Positions 55,252 to 63,376 of a DNA stretch of 64,000 bases are shown here, one piece after another. Made by a program: the position numbers and the translations under genes. Source of the stretch: Corynebacterium kroppenstedtii (GTDB taxonomy: Bacteria; Actinomycetota; Actinomycetes; Mycobacteriales; Mycobacteriaceae); NCBI RefSeq assembly GCF_003243515.1, contig NZ_QFRA01000016.1:2359-66358 (forward strand), written 5' to 3'. The notes under the pieces are model-generated. The model saw nothing but the letters and a program-made list of their open reading frames with translations, was not told the origin of the DNA and made no database searches. Each line of letters starts with the position of its first letter. The first letter of the stretch is position 1.

Positions 55252-55614
55252 AGGCCCACAGTGTACGGCACCGCACTGGGGTTCCCTATCACTGCCAAGT
55301 GCTGGTCCGGCTCGCTGTCGGTTTCGTTTGGTTGAACCGTTCGTCAGAGCTGAGTGCTGGTGCCAGCTCGTCGATATTCACCCCGAAAGTGGGGAACTCT
55401 GAGTTTTTTATTTCCGAAACCTTGGTATTGCGTTAATGCACATACCTTTCTGAGGAATTTCCATGCACTGCGCGAATGCTTAATAAAGTCTCTCGACAAT
55501 CATTTTCATTCCATCATCGGCTCATTTACCTGCGTCGATACGCGCTGATCACCTCTGAGGAATGAAGTTTTAGTCCTAAACTGATGATGACGACTTTAAC
55601 CCTGAGGAGGGTTT

Positions 55615-56400
55615 GTGCGTATCGCACTATTTTCCACGTGTATCGGGGATGCCCTATTTCCTGACGCTTCCAAGGCGACGGCAGTGATCTTGTCCCGGCT
55701 TGGGCACGAAGTAGTATTCCCCGAAGGCCAGACGTGCTGCGGACAGATGCACGTCAACACTGGCTATCAAAGAGAAATCATCCCCCAGATCCGCGACTAT
55801 GTTGACGCATTCTCAGATCCATCCATTGACTACGTCATCGCGCCATCGGGCTCATGCACGGGCGCGGTCCGCCACCAGCACCAAATGGTTGCGGAACGCT
55901 ATGGCGATAAAGCACTCGTCGACGGTGTGAAGAAGACGGCACCGAAGACCTTGGATCTCTCGGAGTTCCTCGTTGATATCGAGGGGAAAACAAATATTGG
56001 TGCTTATTTCCCCCACCGCGTGACGTACCACTCAACCTGCCACTCGCTGCGCATGGTGAAGGTGGGCGACCGCCCCTACCAGCTGCTCAAAGAGGTCAAG
56101 AGCCTGGATCTTGTCCGCCTGCCTGGCGCGGAGGAATGCTGCGGATTCGGCGGAACGTTCTCGGTGAAGAACGCGGATACGTCGGCCGCCATGGTGGGCG
56201 ATAAGGCTCGCAATGTCGTCTCGACCGGTGCGGAATTCGTCACCGCCGGCGACCCAAGCTGCTTGATGAATATCGGCGGTAGCTTGTCCCGCCAGCGCTC
56301 TGGTGTCCGAGCCCTGCACATTGCGGAAATCCTCGCATCGACTGAAGAACACCCCTGGACGCCAGAAGGCGCGTTCTATTCCAAGGAGGCAATGCTGTGA
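55615..56400 (+). CDS. lutA: lactate utilization protein A ((Fe-S)-binding CCG-domain oxidoreductase, LutA/YkgE)
   Basis: Two CCG-type Cys motifs (GQTCCGQ, ECCGFGG). GTG start preceded by GAGGAGG. Confidence 0.85.
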   Translation: MRIALFSTCIGDALFPDASKATAVILSRLGHEVVFPEGQTCCGQMHVNTGYQREIIPQIRDYVDAFSDPSIDYVIAPSGSCTGAVRHQHQMVAERYGDKALVDGVKKTAPKTLDLSEFLVDIEGKTNIGAYFPHRVTYHSTCHSLRMVKVGDRPYQLLKEVKSLDLVRLPGAEECCGFGGTFSVKNADTSAAMVGDKARNVVSTGAEFVTAGDPSCLMNIGGSLSRQRSGVRALHIAEILASTEEHPWTPEGAFYSKEAML

Positions 56401-58079
56401 CCATCAGTCTTGGTATGCCGACGATGCCACCCACCGCCCCTGACGGCGTCGGCAATCTTCGTGCTAGGGAGAGATTCCAGCAAGCTGCCCGCCATGATCT
56501 AAAAAACTCGGTCCAGCGCCACAACTTGCGGATGGCGACGCACACGATTCGCGATAAGCGCGCCCGTGTCGTCGGCGAAATCGACGATTGGCAGCAGCTT
56601 CGCGACGCCGGGTCGGCCATTAAGCGCGATGTGATGGCTCGGATGCCTGAGCTTCTGGAGCAGTTTGAGGAAGCCGTCACCGCCCGTGGTGGTCATGTGC
56701 ACTGGGCTCGCGACGCTAAAGAGGCCAATGAGATCATCACCGGTCTTGTTAAGGAGACGGGTGAGAAGAAGGTTGTCAAGATTAAGTCGATGGCGACGAT
56801 GGAGATCGGCCTCAACGACGCTCTAAAAGAAGCTGGAATTGAGGCGCGTGAAACGGACCTGGCGGAGCTGATTGTCCAGCTTGGTCATGATCGTCCGTCA
56901 CACATCGTGGTCCCTGCGATTCACCGTAACCGCGCTGAGATCCGGGACATCTTCATCAAGGAGATGCCCAACACGGATGAAAGCTTGACGGATAATCCCG
57001 CAGACTTGGCCGAGGCATCGCGGCTCTTCTTGCGCAAGCAGTTTATGGATGCGAAGGTCGCCATTTCTGGCGCTAACTTCGGTATCGCAGAGACGGGCAC
57101 GCTGTCCATCGTCGAGTCTGAGGGTAATGGCCGCATGTGTCTGACCTTGCCTGAGACCTTGATCTCTGTGATGGGGATTGAAAAGCTCTTGCCGACGTTC
57201 AAGGACCTCGAGGTGTTCTTGCAGCTGCTTCCTCGGTCCTCTACTGGCGAGCGCATGAACCCCTACACCAGCCTGTGGTCGGGAACAACTGACGACGGGC
57301 CGAAGAACTTCCACATCGTGCTCATTGACAATGGGCGCACACATGCGCTGGCGAATGCCATCGGCCGTGAAGCGTTGAAGTGTATCCGCTGCTCCGCGTG
57401 CTTGAACGTGTGCCCGGTGTACGAACGAGCTGGTGGCCACGCCTACGGGTCAACCTACCCAGGCCCGATTGGTGCCATTTTGACGCCACAGCTTGCCGGT
57501 ATGGAATCCGCTGAAGATCCCAATGCCTCGCTCCCCTATGCCTCCTCATTGTGCGGTGCCTGCTTCGAGGTCTGCCCCGTCGAGATCGACATCCCGTCCG
57601 CGTTGCTGGAGCTTCGCCACCAGAAGATTGAGCACCACCGGCCGAAGTTCGAAGGCATGATCATGAGCAGCATGGGGCTTGTCTTCGGGAACAAACAGAT
57701 TTGGAACTTCTCCGCCCGAGCCGCTGTGTTGGGACGAGCTCTCGGATGGCCGAAGGGGAAGATCACGAGCCTGCCCGGCTTCCTCTCTGGGTGGTCGAAT
57801 GTGCGTGATACCGCAATTCCGCCGAAGAAATCGTTCCGCGCGTGGTTTGCTTCCGAGGAAGGCAAGAGAACTCTGGCCGCTGCCCGGAAGGAAGGCATTC
57901 CGGATAACAGTTTCCGCCATGCTGATCACAACACTGGCGACGCCTCCGAAGTGAAGGTCAGTGAACCTGGTGAGCGGACAACGTCATCGAAGCCTCTCGA
58001 GCATGTGCTGGACGACGCTACTTCTAAGTCTGATGCACACGACAGCAGTACTAAGAATTCGTCGAAGGAGGGGAAGTAG
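56397..58079 (+). CDS. lutB: lactate utilization iron-sulfur protein LutB/YkgF (with a ~80-aa C-terminal extension)
   Basis: Ferredoxin-type clusters CIRCSACLNVCP and CGACFEVCP plus the LUD domain. The GTG start overlaps the lutA stop. The charged, low-complexity C-terminal tail makes it longer than I recall for typical LutB. Confidence 0.85.
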   Translation: MTISLGMPTMPPTAPDGVGNLRARERFQQAARHDLKNSVQRHNLRMATHTIRDKRARVVGEIDDWQQLRDAGSAIKRDVMARMPELLEQFEEAVTARGGHVHWARDAKEANEIITGLVKETGEKKVVKIKSMATMEIGLNDALKEAGIEARETDLAELIVQLGHDRPSHIVVPAIHRNRAEIRDIFIKEMPNTDESLTDNPADLAEASRLFLRKQFMDAKVAISGANFGIAETGTLSIVESEGNGRMCLTLPETLISVMGIEKLLPTFKDLEVFLQLLPRSSTGERMNPYTSLWSGTTDDGPKNFHIVLIDNGRTHALANAIGREALKCIRCSACLNVCPVYERAGGHAYGSTYPGPIGAILTPQLAGMESAEDPNASLPYASSLCGACFEVCPVEIDIPSALLELRHQKIEHHRPKFEGMIMSSMGLVFGNKQIWNFSARAAVLGRALGWPKGKITSLPGFLSGWSNVRDTAIPPKKSFRAWFASEEGKRTLAAARKEGIPDNSFRHADHNTGDASEVKVSEPGERTTSSKPLEHVLDDATSKSDAHDSSTKNSSKEGK

Positions 58080-58081
58080 TC

Positions 58082-58729
58082 ATGGGATTCCGGTCTACGT
58101 CCGCTAAAGAAGAGATCCTCGGGCGAATCCGCAACGCAAACAAACTGGCTGGTGTGCCGTCGGAGCCCTATCCCATTCCACGGGACTACAGGACCAACCG
58201 GACCCGGTCCACCGACGAACTGGTCGATCTCCTCGAAGACCGATTGGTGGATTACAAGGCCGATGTTCACATCGTTAAAGAGGCTGACCTGCCCTCGACG
58301 GTGGCTGATCTCTGCCGCGAACATGGGTTCTCCGCGATCGGAGTAGCCGAGGGCATCGACGAGTCTATTTATTCTTCAGTCTCAGCTGACGTTGAGAAGG
58401 ATGATCGCTCCACTGATACTCACAAGTTGGGGCGCTTTGATGCGATTATCACGGAGTCTCACGTCAGTTCCGCACAGACGGGCACGATCTACCTGGATGG
58501 GTCGGCAACGAATGGGCGACGTGCCCTGACGTTGGTCCCCGACTGTCACTTGTGCATCGTGCGGGAGGAGTCGATTGTCTACGGTGTTCCTGAGGCTATT
58601 GATCGCCTCAACCCGGAGATGCCGATCACTCTTGTCTCTGGGCCGTCGGCGACCTCTGATATTGAGTTGAGTCGTGTTGAAGGGGTTCACGGACCACGAA
58701 CTCTGATCGTGTTGATTGTTCGGAAGTGA
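58082..58729 (+). CDS. lutC: lactate utilization protein C (LUD domain, LutC/YkgG)
   Basis: 215 aa, 2 nt after lutB. The conserved C-terminal ...SGPSATSDIE... is typical of the LUD domain. Confidence 0.8.
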   Translation: MGFRSTSAKEEILGRIRNANKLAGVPSEPYPIPRDYRTNRTRSTDELVDLLEDRLVDYKADVHIVKEADLPSTVADLCREHGFSAIGVAEGIDESIYSSVSADVEKDDRSTDTHKLGRFDAIITESHVSSAQTGTIYLDGSATNGRRALTLVPDCHLCIVREESIVYGVPEAIDRLNPEMPITLVSGPSATSDIELSRVEGVHGPRTLIVLIVRK

Positions 58730-58882
58730 CTGGTAGATCGGACATTCTCGCGTGATTGCCGACGCGAGTTACCCCGCGTGTTCGTACTTTCACGGCGGAG
58801 TGCTAAGGTAGTTTCGTCGTGCGGTGAACACCCCGTTATCCGTTGAATCAGTGTCAAAGGATCGTGGTGTTTTGCCGGTGAT

Positions 58883-58955
58883 GCCTCCGTAGCTCAGGGG
58901 ATAGAGCGTTGGTTTCCGGTACCAAAGGTCGCAGGTTCGAATCCTGTCGGGGGCA
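58883..58955 (+). tRNA. tRNA-Arg (anticodon CCG)
   Basis: Manual cloverleaf: acceptor GCCTCCG/CGGGGGC (one G-U), D arm GCTC-AGGGGATA-GAGC, anticodon arm TTGGT-TTCCGGT-ACCAA (CCG at 34-36), variable AGGTC, T arm GCAGG-TTCGAAT-CCTGT, discriminator A. CCA is not encoded. Confidence 0.9.
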
Positions 58956-58960
58956 CAGTA

Positions 58961-59005
58961 AAACCCCGCTTTGATCAGTACAGATACTTGGTCAAAGCGG
59001 GGTTT
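58961..59005. terminator. bidirectional hairpin terminator between tRNA-Arg and the HicB-like gene
   Basis: Perfect 14-bp arms AAACCCCGCTTTGA (58961-58974) and TCAAAGCGGGGTTT (58992-59005). On either strand the stem ends in GGGGUUU(U). Confidence 0.65.
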
Positions 59006-59014
59006 AGTCTTTAT

Positions 59015-59215
59015 CTAACTAGCTTGCTTAATCGTCTCTACCTCAATATCCACGTCATCTTCTTTTATTCCTGCAAGATAAGCGATCGCTTCCCGCATTT
59101 CATCCGCGGCATCATCGAGGTTTTCCACCTGGGACACGGCACCCACTTCGGGGCACACGAGGACCCAGACATCACTACTTGTTCCTGGTTCAGCTGTGAC
59201 AGTAAAAGTAGACAT
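59015..59215 (-). CDS. HicB-like (UPF0150-type) small protein, orphan
   Basis: MSTFTVTAEPGTSSDVWVLVCPEVGAVSQVENLDDAADEMREAIAYL resembles the HicB N-terminal fold pattern (beta strands, then a helix with EA..A). It has no C-terminal DNA-binding domain and no adjacent HicA-size ORF. ATG 59215 is preferred over TTG 59248. Confidence 0.45.
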   Translation of the reverse strand: MSTFTVTAEPGTSSDVWVLVCPEVGAVSQVENLDDAADEMREAIAYLAGIKEDDVDIEVETIKQAS

Positions 59216-59340
59216 TATTAACCCACCATCCTTCTTTTCCTCGGTCAAAGCCGGTATATCGTTTTCTATTGTATTGCTTTGAACCCAATGGGAATGAAAG
59301 TTATTCGGGTTACATGCCTCGGAGGACGGCGGCGGGCGGG

Positions 59341-60648
59341 TTAAATCAGTAGCTCCCCTAGGACAAAGCCTGAAACAACCGCCGTTGCAATAGCCACCGT
59401 ACCCGGAATAAGAAACGGGTGGTTAAACACGTATTTTCCGATCCGCGTGGTTCCTGTGTCGTCCATTTCCACGGCCGCGAGAAGTGTCGGATATGTCGGC
59501 AAAATAAACAAAGAACTTACTGCCGCAAACGATGCCACCGCGATGACAGGGCTTACCCCCACAGCCAATGCCGCTGGCATGAGTGCCTTCGCCGTGGCGG
59601 CCTGAGAATACAACAAGGCCGCAGCAAGGAACAACACCACAGCGAGCATCCACGGATAGTCCGTCAACACGCCCCCGGCTAAATCTTTGATCTGATCCAA
59701 GTGGGCGTCAATAATCGTTGTTCCCAGCCATGCAACACCCATGACACATATGCAGGCGGACATGCCCGACTTAAACACCTGGGTTGTCAAAATTTCAGCA
59801 GCCGGTAGCTTGCATACAAGTGTAATGATCGTGGCTGTGGCCAGCATCAACGCAATGATGGCTTCATTCCTGGGCAATGTCAGATGTGAAATTAACCCCA
59901 CCTGGTCGGAAATCAAAGTCGCATAGACCATCACCGCAATAATTGCGACGAGAAAAACCCACACCGAAAGTTTGGAATTCTTTGTGGGGATATAAGCTTT
60001 TTGACCTTGTGTGCGCTTCAGAAGCCCTTTAGCTAATCTTTCTTGATAAATCGGGTCATCGCTTAACTCTTTACCAAGGTGATTAGTTATCAGCGCCGCA
60101 GGAAAAATAGCCAAGAAAGTGGACGGAATAACCACAGCGAGGAGCGTCAGATAGCTCACCCCATGGGGCTCCATTAGCGACGCCATCAGAACGACCGCAG
60201 CCGAAATCGGTGACGCGGTAATCGCTATCTGGGACGCGACAACAGAAATGGATAGCGGTCGAGACGGGCGGACACCTCCCTCTTTAGCTACTTCGGCAAT
60301 GACCGGAAGCGTCGAGAAAGCGGTATGTCCCGTGCCGGCCAATAACGTCATGAAATATGTGACAATCGGGGCAACGAATGTGACTCGTTTGGGGTTTTTT
60401 CGCAAAAAGCGTTCCGCGACATGAACCAGGTAATCCATTCCCCCGGCCAACTGCATCGCGGCAATTGCCGAAATGACGGACATGATAATGCTGATGACGT
60501 CGAACGGGATCTGTTCATAGGACACCGGAACTCCAGTCAGCCCGAGGGCAAGTACCCCCAGACCGCCGGCGAAGCCGATTGCTATCGAACCTAAACGGGC
60601 CCCCAGAACAATAGCCGCCAAGACAATCAATATCTGCAGTGCAAGCAA
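59341..60648 (-). CDS. dcuA: anaerobic C4-dicarboxylate transporter, DcuA/DcuB family
   Basis: It aligns along its full length to my memory of E. coli DcuA: MLxxxLIIVLxAIxLGARLGxIxIGFAGGLGVL..., LLYSQAATAKALMP, ILPTYPTL, DDTGTTRIGK. TTG start. Confidence 0.9.
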   Translation of the reverse strand: MLALQILIVLAAIVLGARLGSIAIGFAGGLGVLALGLTGVPVSYEQIPFDVISIIMSVISAIAAMQLAGGMDYLVHVAERFLRKNPKRVTFVAPIVTYFMTLLAGTGHTAFSTLPVIAEVAKEGGVRPSRPLSISVVASQIAITASPISAAVVLMASLMEPHGVSYLTLLAVVIPSTFLAIFPAALITNHLGKELSDDPIYQERLAKGLLKRTQGQKAYIPTKNSKLSVWVFLVAIIAVMVYATLISDQVGLISHLTLPRNEAIIALMLATATIITLVCKLPAAEILTTQVFKSGMSACICVMGVAWLGTTIIDAHLDQIKDLAGGVLTDYPWMLAVVLFLAAALLYSQAATAKALMPAALAVGVSPVIAVASFAAVSSLFILPTYPTLLAAVEMDDTGTTRIGKYVFNHPFLIPGTVAIATAVVSGFVLGELLI

Positions 60649-60882
60649 AAAATCGAGGCTTTCTACTCACGCGTAAATAGGTGAACCAACGGGCGCGACC
60701 GCGTCATCATCGCCAGCGTTTACAACGGGCCGTAACCCGGAACGCTTGTGATCCGTCAACACACTATACCCCTGGATTCACATCCCCAACACTCCAGAAA
60801 AAGCTGCAATTTTCCTAACATTCGCTCTCGGTAGAGGGAGAAAAGCATGCCGATGCCTGCCAGCACATGCCTGACACGCCCG

Positions 60883-60917
60883 ATTCGCCGTCGATGATCT
60901 ATGTATCGACGGCGAAT
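60883..60917 (-). terminator. hairpin downstream of the 60948-62459 gene (no U-tract)
   Basis: Perfect 13-bp arms ATTCGCCGTCGAT / ATCGACGGCGAAT with a 9-nt loop, 30 nt after the stop. Confidence 0.45.
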
Positions 60918-60947
60918 AAGCGCTCAATCTGGTAGCTGAAGGGGATT

Positions 60948-62459
60948 CTAACGCGCGCTGACCTGGCCAAATCGACTTGCGACGGGAGCCAAAACGAGGG
61001 GTCGCGCCGCCATCACAGCTGCTACTGCGACAGCTAGGCCACCGATGAACCAAAGGAAACCGCCCCAGTTCGCTGAGTCATTACCAGCAAACATGTGATT
61101 CAGATTTTCGCGGAAGCCTGTCGCGAAGACGAGGAAGACGTGGACGATAACGAAGAAAACGAAGAAGATCATCGTCGGATAGTGAATATGACGGGCTACC
61201 GGGGCGGGATATAGCTTGTTCAAGGTTTGTGCCTTTTTCGGCCACCATTCACTCATGCGCACGCCTGAGATCGCAGCTAAAGGGGCAGCAACGAAAATCA
61301 CCAGGAAGTACATGATTTGCTGCAAACTATTGAAGTTCTCCCAACCATGTTCCGCCGGCCAATCGAACGATGCATACTGAAGCGCCGCAGACAGGGCGTT
61401 CGGGAAAACTTTCCAACTAGTGGGTACCAGACGCGTCCAGTGACCCGTGGAGAACAAAAGCACAACGAAAACCACGCCGTTGGCCAGCCACAACACATCA
61501 AGTGAGGTGTGCAGCCACAAGAAAATACTGATCTTCTTACCGCCTCGTTTCGATTGCCACACAGCGGGAGGCTTTTGCTGATGACGCACTAGTAAACCAG
61601 TCCGGATAATCAGCAACATGAAGAAGAAGTTGAGGTAATGCTGCCATCGAGCCCACAGTGGGAAACCGGGATCCGGCTCCGGCGAAGGATCATATTCGCC
61701 GGGATATCTGTCTACCCACTGAGAGACGGCATCCAGACTCATCAGCCACCGCGCGGCAACAACCACAATGACCCCAAGGATAAGCAGTCCAGCCGCAACG
61801 AGGCCAGCGAACTTACCCCACTGCATCAGGCTTTTTTCACCGATCATGATCGGTTCGCGCTGCTTCTTCTTATCCTTCTTCCCGGATTTCTTGGCTGCGT
61901 CTTTGCCGGTCTTGCCTGTTCCGGCCTTGTCAGTGCCGGATTTCTTATTACCCGGCGCTTTCGGGCCACCGGGTTTATTCGCAGCTGGGGCTTTTGCGCC
62001 TGGTTTACCTGGTGCACCTGCGCCTGGTTTGCCCGGCTTACCTGGTGCGCCAGGTTTCTTTGCTCCGGGTTTACTGGGGGCGCCGGGAGCGGCTGCTCCA
62101 GCCGCCGATGGTGTCTTCGGCGCACCTGGAGCTGATGGGGCTTTTGGCGCACCGGGTGCCTTGGGGGCACCGCCTGCCTTAGCAGCCGACGGAGCCTTCG
62201 CTACCTTTACATCGCCGGATGCCGACGGAGCCTTCGGCGCTCCTGGTGCTACCGGAGCTCCAGGAGCTTGCAACTTAGCGCTGAGCTTCGGTTTTCCGCC
62301 CGACACCGCGTCGTCCCCCTGAGTAGTGGCGCTATCAACCTCGCGCGGCTCCACCGCCTCCGTCGTCGTGTTGTCGCTGTCGAACGCGGATGTTGCACGT
62401 TTTTTCGAGGCCTCCGATGGGGATGGGCTCCCCGGTGGGGGTGGAGGAACTGGCGACAT
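60948..62459 (-). CDS. membrane protein: Pro/Ala/Gly/Lys-repeat N-terminal tail fused to a multi-TM, His-containing (cytochrome b561 / Ni-hydrogenase-cytochrome-b-like?) domain
   Basis: The first ~200 aa are low-complexity (APGAPKAPSA, KPGAKKPGAPGKPGKPG, KKSGKKDKKK). These are followed by ~6 hydrophobic helices with His in TM contexts (WQHYLNFFF, WLHTSLDVLW, ARHIHYPTMIFFVFFVIVHVF). The heme-protein assignment is a fold guess. Confidence 0.5.
   Translation of the reverse strand: MSPVPPPPPGSPSPSEASKKRATSAFDSDNTTTEAVEPREVDSATTQGDDAVSGGKPKLSAKLQAPGAPVAPGAPKAPSASGDVKVAKAPSAAKAGGAPKAPGAPKAPSAPGAPKTPSAAGAAAPGAPSKPGAKKPGAPGKPGKPGAGAPGKPGAKAPAANKPGGPKAPGNKKSGTDKAGTGKTGKDAAKKSGKKDKKKQREPIMIGEKSLMQWGKFAGLVAAGLLILGVIVVVAARWLMSLDAVSQWVDRYPGEYDPSPEPDPGFPLWARWQHYLNFFFMLLIIRTGLLVRHQQKPPAVWQSKRGGKKISIFLWLHTSLDVLWLANGVVFVVLLFSTGHWTRLVPTSWKVFPNALSAALQYASFDWPAEHGWENFNSLQQIMYFLVIFVAAPLAAISGVRMSEWWPKKAQTLNKLYPAPVARHIHYPTMIFFVFFVIVHVFLVFATGFRENLNHMFAGNDSANWGGFLWFIGGLAVAVAAVMAARPLVLAPVASRFGQVSAR
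61860..62297 (-). repeat. coding low-complexity PAPK/PGK repeat region
   Basis: The DNA shows reiterated GGTGC(A/G)CC(T/G)GG-type units. The translation has degenerate repeats of APGAPKAPS and KPGA. Confidence 0.9.
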
Positions 62460-62924
62460 CGTAGATCTCTCCTCATCAAGTCAAGCTCGTCATTAAGGCG
62501 CGGCAATCCTGGTCCCGGTGTCCGAGTGCGACGGTTGTACCCCACCACCGGGTTGTCCACGCTGAGATAACCACCGATATACGGTCAGTATCTTTCGTAG
62601 ATAGCCCAAGCGAGCGGACTCACAGAACCGTCACGACTGATCGTCGCGATGAAAGAATATCAACAGCTTACTGTGAACAGTGTCACTAAAGGGTGAAAAG
62701 CCACAGATCTGAAAATCACCACTCCCCCCGGATGATGCTCGACAGCCATTACCTGTTGCTCTCCCCGACTATTACCCGTTTCTGAAAACGCAAAATACCT
62801 CGCCCGGGAAAACGAGTAATCCCAGAGGACCTCTATTACTGTGGCCATAATCTCGATGAACGCACAGCGCATCAAACGACCTATCTCTATACTTGATACA
62901 TAGCACTGCTTGGTGTTCGGATAC

Positions 62925-62942
62925 GACCGAATTCATTCGGTC
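62925..62942. promoter_or_regulatory. 8-2-8 palindrome upstream of the DUF2188 gene
   Basis: GACCGAAT TC ATTCGGTC, 50 nt upstream of ATG 62992. Confidence 0.3.
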
Positions 62943-62991
62943 GCCTACCGGAATAAGCGTCGTCAATTGATTGAGATGAAAGGACACAGCA

Positions 62992-63204
62992 ATGGCAGAT
63001 ACCGTTATCGAGACCTACAACGAAGCTGGTGGGTGGAAGAACCGCCCTCAGGGTAACGAGCGTGCAACCAGCACCCACGCAACCAAAGAGGAAGCTGTCG
63101 AATACGGCCGTAACCTCGCCAAAGAGCGCAAGGGTGACCACATCATCAAGAATATCAAGAATCTGGACGGCACTATTTCTGAGCGTCATTCTTACTCGGA
63201 ATAG
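62992..63204 (+). CDS. DUF2188-family small protein
   Basis: 70 aa. The pattern GGW..R..G..RA.S.H.TKEEA...GR.LAK......I....DG.I.E..SY matches my recollection of DUF2188. AAAGGA lies upstream of the ATG. Confidence 0.6.
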   Translation: MADTVIETYNEAGGWKNRPQGNERATSTHATKEEAVEYGRNLAKERKGDHIIKNIKNLDGTISERHSYSE

Positions 63205-63376
63205 TTCGGAGTAATAAAGAACGAGCCTACGAAGAGCACACGGTTTAATATCCCGCGCCACTTACTAAGGGTGGCAGGGAAAGCATAATAGCCGGTGCTC
63301 TTCTCATGGCTCCGTTAATCACACCACAATTCCTAGCAGTACCGCTCTCCCACTGCGCGAGCACCGAGTGAATCTG

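Noticed and set aside
59015-59340. Complete HicAB toxin-antitoxin module
   Set aside because: Only the HicB-like ORF is present. The 92 nt upstream and the terminator downstream leave no space for a HicA-size toxin gene.
62711-62770. 6C-type small RNA (C-rich loops)
   Set aside because: Only one convincing C6 loop is present, its stem is weak (4-5 bp with a mismatch), and there is no second matching hairpin or terminator. The genomic context also differs from where I recall 6C RNA in corynebacteria. It is mentioned only inside the spacer finding.
58956-63300. Integrated mobile element or genomic island at tRNA-Arg
   Set aside because: I found no integrase, recombinase, transposase or phage gene, and no repeat of the tRNA 3' end in the intergenic regions I read. 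I kept only a low-interest note about possible accessory character.
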